Of a stretch of DNA of 64,000 nt, positions 58,701 to 64,000 are shown piece after piece; positions within the stretch are counted from its first letter, which is position 1; each line of letters starts with the position of its first letter. Source of the stretch: Chthoniobacteraceae bacterium (GTDB lineage Bacteria; Verrucomicrobiota; Verrucomicrobiia; Chthoniobacterales; Chthoniobacteraceae); the NCBI GenBank assembly GCA_947471505.1, contig CANIWM010000012.1, forward strand, positions 15,867-79,866. The letters run 5' to 3'. The notes under the pieces were generated by a model. That model was not told the origin of the DNA, made no database searches, and worked only from the letters and a program-made list of their open reading frames with translations. A program made the position numbers and the translations under genes.

Positions 58701-60814
58701 AAGACCGCACCGGCCCCTTCACCACAGCGGGCTACTACGACAGCATCACCTACTCGAACCCGCTCTACATGCACCAAGACCTCAGCGCGAATGCCGAGTA
58801 TCGCATCCGCTGGGCCGACCGCATCCAGAAGCACATGTTCAACGGCGGCGCGCTGACGCAGACGGCGTGGAACAATCGCATCAACGGCATCGCCGCCATT
58901 GTGGACCAGACAATCATCGCCGAATCCGCACGCTGGGGAGACGCGAAAGTCGCCACGCCACTCACGAAAGCAAACTGGCTCACCGCACAGGCATATCTCA
59001 CCGGCACCTACGTCCCGCAACGTGGCGCAGTCGTCCTTGCACAGCTCCGCGCCGACAATCTCTACCCCGCGCTTGATGCACCGACGATTTCCCCATTTGG
59101 CAGCTACCAAAACAGCGGTGTGGAAGCCGTGATGAGCGCGCCCGGCGGCGGCACGATCTATTACATGGCAGACGGCTCGGACCCACGCGAAGTCGGCGGC
59201 GCAGTGAAGGCTGGCGCGCAGATTTACACCGCCAGCACGACGACAGATGTGCTGCTCCCATTTTCTGCGACCGGCTGGAAGTATCTCGCCAACGGAACCA
59301 ACCAAGGCACCGCATGGCGAGCGGTCGGATTCAACGATACTTCATGGACCACTGGCACCGCCGAACTCGGCTATGGTGACGGCGATGAGGCGCCACCCCA
59401 AGTTCCTTTCGTGGATGTGGACCCAGGCACCGCTGGAGTGCAGAAAAACGCCACGACGTATTTCCGCAAGACATTCACCGCAACGAACATCCCCAAAATC
59501 ACCAACCTCGTGCTACGCGTGGAATACGACGACGCCATCGTGGTGTATATCAACGGCGTATTCGCGGGGCTCGCTGGAACCATCAGCAACAATCCGACGT
59601 TCGATTATTACACGGGCAACGCGATTGAGGACACGACCCTCGACATCCAAATCCCATCGTCCCTGCTCGTCGAAGGCACAAACACCATCGCCGCCGAAGT
59701 CCACCAAGCCAACAACGGCAGCTCCGACATCAGCATGAACCTCAGCCTCACTGCCACGCGCTCCGCAGCCGCGACTCCGCTCTTCCTCACCGGCGGCGGC
59801 GTACGCTCGCTGAAGACCCGCGCCAACAACGCCGGCACATGGAGCGCGCTCACGGATGCCACGTTCCTTTTGAACACCGAGCCCGCCAGCACCGCGAACC
59901 TCGCCGTCACGGAAATCATGTATCACCCCGCCAATCCGAGCGTCGCCGAAATCAACGCGGGCTTCGTAGATTCCGACGATTTCGAGTATCTCGAACTCAC
60001 CAACATCGGCACCAAATACGTGGACCTCGAAGGCGTGTATCTCTACGGCCCGATTGACTTCAACTTCACCGGCGCACTCACAGGCCGCACCCTCGCCCCC
60101 GGCGCTCGCGTGCTCATCGTCGCGAAAAAAGCCGCATTTGAAGCCCGCTACGGCACCTCCCTCCCTGTCGCAGGCAGCTACAGCGGCAACCTCAACAACG
60201 CTGGCGAAACCATCGGCATCTATACGCCCACCGACGGTACCATCCGTAGCTTCGCCTACACCGACCTCGCCCCGTGGCCTACCGGCGCAGACGGCGCGGG
60301 CTACAGCCTCATCCGCAAACTCCCCAGCGCCACCCTCGCTGCCGATGCAGACGCCACGAACTGGCGCACCAGCCTGACCACCGGCGGCAATCCCGGCACG
60401 AGCGACGCCTCACTTTTCACCACATGGAAAACAGCGAACGGCGTCACCGTGAACACCGCCGACACCGACGGCGACGGCCTCAGCAACGCCCTCGAATACG
60501 CCCTCGGCGGCAGCAACACGACGATGGACGCCGCCAAAGCGCCCACCGTCGCCGTCACCCCGCTCACCGTCGGCGCGACGACCAGCAACTACCTCGTCGT
60601 CATCTACACCCGCCGCGCCGGAGCCGATGATGTGACTTACACCGTCGAAGGCAGCGACCTCGCCGGGACGTGGGATGCAGCCGCGACCACCATCCACAGT
60701 ATCATCCCCGGACCCGGCGGAACCGAGACCGTCATCGTCCGCAGCACGAACCCATATCCCGAAGCGGGCGTGACGAAGAAATTCTACCGAATGAAAGCAG
60801 TCATCGCCCCATAG
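55769..60814 (+). CDS. giant secreted lamin-tail-domain / CotH-family (atypical kinase) protein
   Basis: Signal peptide MIQKYLKIIALFALTTLASA, N-terminal LTD (NPLITEFMADN...WIEVHNP), repeated jelly-roll domains, a CHB_HEX_C-like domain (AEIRYTTDGSTPT), a CotH core (LRYFQLYINGIYWGLYNTEER...FHFMAHDFEHTF) and a second LTD near the C-terminus. Confidence 0.8.
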   Translation: MIQKYLKIIALFALTTLASANPLITEFMADNKGSITDEDGAYSDWIEVHNPTATPINLNNYTLTDTLNDPAPWRFPVQTLAPGDFIVIWASGKNRSTAGAPLHTNFSLAKGGEYLELALNPLPSGPKTVLQSWNPYPSQAENESYGIQFTIATLVAQGASSKYFVPTSNSVDATWRDTGFVDTSWTTGTTGIGFGLQVPGMTVRQVFKNGTIGGLTDTDALLAAPTGSPLILSDTTVIAQTVNYLGNGGDGHYGLNAVPPLGTGEHYVMRVTGTFSTTASGYHTFGINSDDGGRIRVDGGTVMTDDTGHGAADHMGNVFLTAGSHTFDVVFFEMTGGDELEFYYAPGLLSTWSTTMKLVGDTANGGLAVFTTPPSNGGGTVVATNVQGPMLNSRTSCYVRTPFTAAGPGAYTAASLKMRYNDGYVAYLNGTKIGEKNAPASPAFNSVATATRTDAQSLTPEAINVSAYLPGLINGTNVLALHGMNVTAASASFLILPELVVGTANPGAQNVYYDLAKTTPGAINGAYSLLGKVADTQFSHVRGFYTSPFNLTISSLTSGAEIRYTTDGSTPTASNGTVYTTPIAISATTVIRAAAFKTGYEATDVDTQSYLFLNDVITQSSTGLPPTNWPATSGTGQVLDYGMDPDIVNHTDPNLGGATSVKNALTAVSTICVTTDLPNLFNMNGGTTGIYSNPGSRGFAWERPASIEMMNPPDALHPNGTSEFQITAGIRIRGGYSRSTDNPKHGFHLFFRNDYGDGKLKYPMFGRHGTEEFDQIDFRTSQNYSWSFGGDGNNTFLREESTRLAQRDMGHQYGRLRYFQLYINGIYWGLYNTEERTEASFGETYFGGAKDDYDVVKGEQDSGYVTGVTDGNLTAWTDLWNKCKAHLASPTNANYFKLMGLASDGVTPTADPTLLDVDDMIDYLMLTFWTGNLDGTTSAFLGNNNANNWFGMRNRLGTKGGFHFMAHDFEHTFFNVNEDRTGPFTTAGYYDSITYSNPLYMHQDLSANAEYRIRWADRIQKHMFNGGALTQTAWNNRINGIAAIVDQTIIAESARWGDAKVATPLTKANWLTAQAYLTGTYVPQRGAVVLAQLRADNLYPALDAPTISPFGSYQNSGVEAVMSAPGGGTIYYMADGSDPREVGGAVKAGAQIYTASTTTDVLLPFSATGWKYLANGTNQGTAWRAVGFNDTSWTTGTAELGYGDGDEAPPQVPFVDVDPGTAGVQKNATTYFRKTFTATNIPKITNLVLRVEYDDAIVVYINGVFAGLAGTISNNPTFDYYTGNAIEDTTLDIQIPSSLLVEGTNTIAAEVHQANNGSSDISMNLSLTATRSAAATPLFLTGGGVRSLKTRANNAGTWSALTDATFLLNTEPASTANLAVTEIMYHPANPSVAEINAGFVDSDDFEYLELTNIGTKYVDLEGVYLYGPIDFNFTGALTGRTLAPGARVLIVAKKAAFEARYGTSLPVAGSYSGNLNNAGETIGIYTPTDGTIRSFAYTDLAPWPTGADGAGYSLIRKLPSATLAADADATNWRTSLTTGGNPGTSDASLFTTWKTANGVTVNTADTDGDGLSNALEYALGGSNTTMDAAKAPTVAVTPLTVGATTSNYLVVIYTRRAGADDVTYTVEGSDLAGTWDAAATTIHSIIPGPGGTETVIVRSTNPYPEAGVTKKFYRMKAVIAP

Positions 60815-60828
60815 CGAATGCCAGCGGG

Positions 60829-60859
60829 TCGTAGCTGCGACGAGGGCGTCGCAGCTACG
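60829..60859. terminator. bidirectional terminator hairpin between the CotH gene and convergent purN
   Basis: Perfect 13-bp stem CGTAGCTGCGACG / CGTCGCAGCTACG with loop AGGG. It overlaps the last codons of purN. Confidence 0.5.
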
Positions 60860-61445
60860 TCACTTCACCCGCAGCGATGCGGCGCAGCACTTCGGGATAA
60901 AGGCGATGCTCTTCCACTTGGATGCGTGCGTGCAACGTAGCGGCAGTATCGTCGGGTAAAACGGGCACTTCAGCTTGGGCGATGATCTTGCCGGTATCCA
61001 TGCCAGCGTCCACGAAATGCACCGTGCAGCCGGAGCGCGTGGCTTTGGCTTCGACGGCTTGCCTCCACGATTCCAAGCCGGGGAATGCAGGAAGCAGTGA
61101 AGGGTGAATATTGATGATGCGGCTCGGAAATGCGTCGAGCAGCGGCGGCTTGATCATCCGCATGTAGCCCGCAAGCACGACAAGCTCCACTCCGGCATCG
61201 CGCAGCATCGCGGCGAGGCGCGCTTCGTCTTCCGGCTCCAGCTTGGTTTTAAACCGCCCCGGCGCGATATACTCTGCGCGGTAGCCGCGTTCGCGAGCGA
61301 GTGTGAGGATGCCGGCATCCTCGATGTCGGAGGCGACGACGCGCACCTCCGCGTCGAGCGTGCCCGCCGCGATAGCGTCCGCGATGGCGCGAAAGTTAGA
61401 GCCTTTGCCGGAGCCGAGAATACCGAGTTTGAGCGTGGATGACAT
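60855..61445 (-). CDS. purN: phosphoribosylglycinamide formyltransferase
   Basis: N-terminal LGILGSGKGSNF, formyl-transferase catalytic block IINIHPSLLPAFPG and conserved Asp (HFVDAGMDTG). Confidence 0.9.
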   Translation of the reverse strand: MSSTLKLGILGSGKGSNFRAIADAIAAGTLDAEVRVVASDIEDAGILTLARERGYRAEYIAPGRFKTKLEPEDEARLAAMLRDAGVELVVLAGYMRMIKPPLLDAFPSRIINIHPSLLPAFPGLESWRQAVEAKATRSGCTVHFVDAGMDTGKIIAQAEVPVLPDDTAATLHARIQVEEHRLYPEVLRRIAAGEVT

Positions 61446-61513
61446 GCGACTTCGTTCCCTATTCAGACAAGGCTCGTCTGAACACAAGATTGTGCATACG
61501 AAGTCGTGGCATC

Positions 61514-62683
61514 ATGTCCGACGGCTTCGACGAAGAACTCCGCGATCTCCGCGCACGCTCGCTTTTGCGGCGACTGCGCACTTTCGACTCGCCCCAGCAG
61601 CCCGCAGTCTCGCAAGGCGGGCGGCAGCTCGTGAACTTCTCCTCGAACGACTACCTCGGCCTCGCCGCGGAGCCCGCACTGCGCGAGGCGGCGAAGGCGG
61701 CGATTGATCAATTTGGCGTCGGCAGCGGCTCCGCGCGGCTCGTCTGCGGCACCCTTTCGCCGCACACGCGGCTCGAAGACACGCTGGCAAAGTTCAACGG
61801 GACGGAAGCCGCGCTGGCCTTCTCCTCCGGCTACGCGACCGCCGTCGGCACACTCACCGCGCTGGCCCGCGAGGGCGACGTCATCGTGCTGGATAAACTC
61901 TGCCACGCCTCGCTCATTGACGGTGCGAAACTCAGCGGCGCAGCCCTCCGCGTCTTCCCACACAACCATCTCGGCAAGCTAGAGAGCCACCTCGCCTGGG
62001 CACGCGAGCACGCACCGGAAGGTCGCGTCATCGTCGTCACCGAAGCCGTCTTCAGCATGGACGGCGACCGCGCCCCGCTGGCAGAAATCGTCGCCATCAA
62101 AAAACGCACCAACGCCCTCCTCATGCTCGACGAAGCGCACTCCATCGGCGTCCTCGGGCACCACGGGCGCGGCCTCGCGGATGTCCTGCGGCTGCACGGA
62201 GACGTGGACATCCACATGGGCACGCTCAGCAAGGCGCTCGGCGTCTCCGGCGGTTACATCGCTGGTTCCCGCAAACTCATCGAGCTATTGGTGAACCGCG
62301 CTCGCAGCTTCATCTACTCCACCGCGCCACCGCCCGCCATCGCCGCTGCAGCGACCGCCGCCATCGAGTGGCTCATGGGCGACGCAGGCGAGCAACGGCG
62401 CGAGCTACTCTGGCGAAATCTCGCCCGCCTCGGCGACAAACTCCCCCGCGCTCTCCTCGGCGAACGGCGCATCCAGAGCGCCATCGTCCCCATCATCTTG
62501 GGGGAAAGTGAACGCGCGCTCGACGCCGCCGAGCGTCTCTCCGAGGCCGGGTTCGTAGTCCCCGCGATCCGCTACCCCACCGTAGCAAAAGACGCCGCCC
62601 GCCTCCGCATCACCGTCTCCGCAAAGCACACCGCCGAGCAAATTGATGCCCTGTGCGCGGCGATGGAGCGGCTGGTGATTTGA
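61514..62683 (+). CDS. bioF: 8-amino-7-oxononanoate synthase-like PLP-dependent acyltransferase (BioF / Kbl family)
   Basis: Alpha-oxoamine synthase family: NDYLGL, PLP-lysine context GTLSKALG, SxxYSTA-like block FIYSTAPPP. BioF versus Kbl cannot be resolved from sequence alone. Confidence 0.75.
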   Translation: MSDGFDEELRDLRARSLLRRLRTFDSPQQPAVSQGGRQLVNFSSNDYLGLAAEPALREAAKAAIDQFGVGSGSARLVCGTLSPHTRLEDTLAKFNGTEAALAFSSGYATAVGTLTALAREGDVIVLDKLCHASLIDGAKLSGAALRVFPHNHLGKLESHLAWAREHAPEGRVIVVTEAVFSMDGDRAPLAEIVAIKKRTNALLMLDEAHSIGVLGHHGRGLADVLRLHGDVDIHMGTLSKALGVSGGYIAGSRKLIELLVNRARSFIYSTAPPPAIAAAATAAIEWLMGDAGEQRRELLWRNLARLGDKLPRALLGERRIQSAIVPIILGESERALDAAERLSEAGFVVPAIRYPTVAKDAARLRITVSAKHTAEQIDALCAAMERLVI

Positions 62684-62687
62684 TCGA

Positions 62688-63149
62688 CTACGCGCCGAAG
62701 CAATGCCAAGCGACCACCGCAAGCGTCGCGAGCACTAGCAGCAGCACGATAGGCGAGATGCCGCTCTTTTTCGCAGGCGATTGGGAAGGCTCCGGCGCTT
62801 TCGGCCCTTCGCTCGATTTCCCGATTTCCGTCGGAGGCACCTTGGTTTCAGATTTTGCGGCCTCCGCAGGCTTCGCCACGTCGGTGACCTTTACCGGCTT
62901 TGGCGCATTTTCAGCAGAAGCACCACTGCCGTCGCGCTTGCGCTTCTCAAGCTCGATCTTGCGTTCGAGGTAGGCTTTCTGCCGCTTGGCAAAATCCGCC
63001 ATCTCGTCCTTCGGCACTTTCGCCCCAGCTTCGTTGATTTGCTTGCGGAGCTTCTCGATGGCTGTCGCCTCGGTTCGGAGGTCGGCTTCCGTCTGAGCGA
63101 AGCTCTGGGTCGTTGAATCGGTGGATTTAGGCGCGGCGAGGACATTCAT
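62688..63149 (-). CDS. hypothetical tail-anchored protein (coiled-coil plus C-terminal TM helix)
   Basis: 153 aa. The charged, coiled-coil-prone N-terminus ends in GISPIVLLLVLATLAVVAW. Confidence 0.45.
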   Translation of the reverse strand: MNVLAAPKSTDSTTQSFAQTEADLRTEATAIEKLRKQINEAGAKVPKDEMADFAKRQKAYLERKIELEKRKRDGSGASAENAPKPVKVTDVAKPAEAAKSETKVPPTEIGKSSEGPKAPEPSQSPAKKSGISPIVLLLVLATLAVVAWHCFGA

Positions 63150-63280
63150 TCGATAAATGTGAAAACGGTTCTACAAACTCCAAGCAGCCTACGAGCCGGG
63201 CAAAATCTTTTTTGCTTCCTTGCTGGGTCCCGCAAATTGTGGTGAATACGGCGTCCACACCTCCCGACCAATCAGACAAC

Positions 63281-63949
63281 ATGAAAAATCTCGTCCTTTC
63301 ACTCATTCTCACCGCCGCCATCGCCCAAGCTCAGAACGCTCAACCGCCGACTCCGCCGGTTCCGCCGACCCCTGCACCCGCGCCTGCCGAGCCTGCGCCT
63401 GCCGAGCCTGCCCCACCGGCGATTCCACCGCCGACGCCAGCAACGCCAGCAACCCCAGCGACTCCTACTGCCACAGGAAAAGTCGAGAAGCCAAAACCTC
63501 TGAGCCCCGGCGACCAGAAGTTCGCGAAGAAGGCCTCTGAGGTTCTCCAGTATCAAATCAAACTCTCCGAACGCGCAAAATCTGCCGTCAAAGAGGACAA
63601 GGAACTCGGCGACTGGGGTACCAGTAAAGTGAAAGAATTCACGGAGAAATGGACGCCTTTTGCCACCATTTGCGGCAAGTATGGCTACACCGACGTGGCG
63701 ACCGACATCACCAAAAAGGAAACCGCCGAGATCGCCAAGCTCAGCAAATCGAAGGAAAAAAAGTTCCGCGAAGACTACCTCGAACTCTTCATGAAAGAAT
63801 CGAAGGACGCCTTGCGCGATATGGAGAACGCTCCGAAGATGGTGCAAAACGCTGAGTTGAAAGCATGGGCAGAAGCCTTTGTGGGAATCCTCAAGGCCAA
63901 CGCTCCGGAGATTGAAAACAAGTACAAGGACGAGAAAAAACGGAAGTAA
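63281..63949 (+). CDS. secreted DUF4142-like protein with Pro/Ala/Thr-rich linker
   Basis: Signal peptide MKNLVLSLILTAAIAQAQ and PAPAEPAPAEPAPP repeats. The C-terminal helical domain (DQKFAKKASEVLQYQIKLSERAK...NAELKAWAEAFVGILKANAPEI) resembles DUF4142. Confidence 0.55.
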   Translation: MKNLVLSLILTAAIAQAQNAQPPTPPVPPTPAPAPAEPAPAEPAPPAIPPPTPATPATPATPTATGKVEKPKPLSPGDQKFAKKASEVLQYQIKLSERAKSAVKEDKELGDWGTSKVKEFTEKWTPFATICGKYGYTDVATDITKKETAEIAKLSKSKEKKFREDYLELFMKESKDALRDMENAPKMVQNAELKAWAEAFVGILKANAPEIENKYKDEKKRK

Positions 63950-64000
63950 CTCGCCGCTAACTCGCCCCCGCACTCACCGCCCGCAACAGTTCGCTGTAGC

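Overview
High-GC (~60-65%) chromosomal segment, most likely from a PVC-superphylum bacterium (Verrucomicrobiota or Planctomycetota-like). The phylum call rests on several lineage-typical genes: tandem DUF1080 domains, a membrane-bound-dehydrogenase/HEAT/CxxCH-cytochrome gene, lamin-tail-domain/CotH and PPC-domain secreted giants, SGNH hydrolases, and Tat/Sec signal peptides.

The window is core chromosome rather than a classic island, with housekeeping genes queG, recF, pyrC, leuB, purN, a bioF-like gene and pepP spread through it. Between them it holds several unusual things:

1. A tightly translationally coupled five-gene minus-strand operon at 24.2-33.7 kb: NfeD/YqiJ-like, flotillin/YqiK-like, a 1693-aa protein with a single C-terminal AAA+ (AAA_5/MoxR-McrB-like) module and about 1300 aa of unrecognisable N-terminus, an MDR-family oxidoreductase, and a membrane-anchored C39-like cysteine peptidase. 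I consider this the best candidate for an undescribed system.
2. A family of structured repeat elements. A perfect 13-7-13 palindrome is followed by a ~280-bp array of 21-bp-period GAATG half-site repeats and a GC-rich multi-hairpin module (19.2-19.6 kb). The hairpin module and a related 21-nt repeat array recur as an in-frame ~640-bp insertion inside the 1404-aa dehydrogenase/HEAT/cytochrome c gene (43.4-44.0 kb), resembling the in-frame palindromic elements of Rickettsia.
3. A 170-bp MITE-like palindromic element flanked by 13-bp direct repeats that duplicate the 3' end of a GT2 gene (18.0-18.2 kb).
4. A 120-bp palindrome built from tandem GTGATTG heptamers that fills the whole gap between two convergent genes (20.6-20.8 kb).
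5. A ~1880-codon thioester-type alpha-2-macroglobulin gene interrupted by a single in-frame TAG.
6. An SPFH-like lipoprotein gene split by a 1-nt frameshift in an A-run.
7. A ParE/Phd toxin-antitoxin pair abutting queG, whose only plausible start is non-ATG.

No tRNA, rRNA or CRISPR array was recognised. Many long antisense ORFs in the six-frame track are high-GC artefacts.
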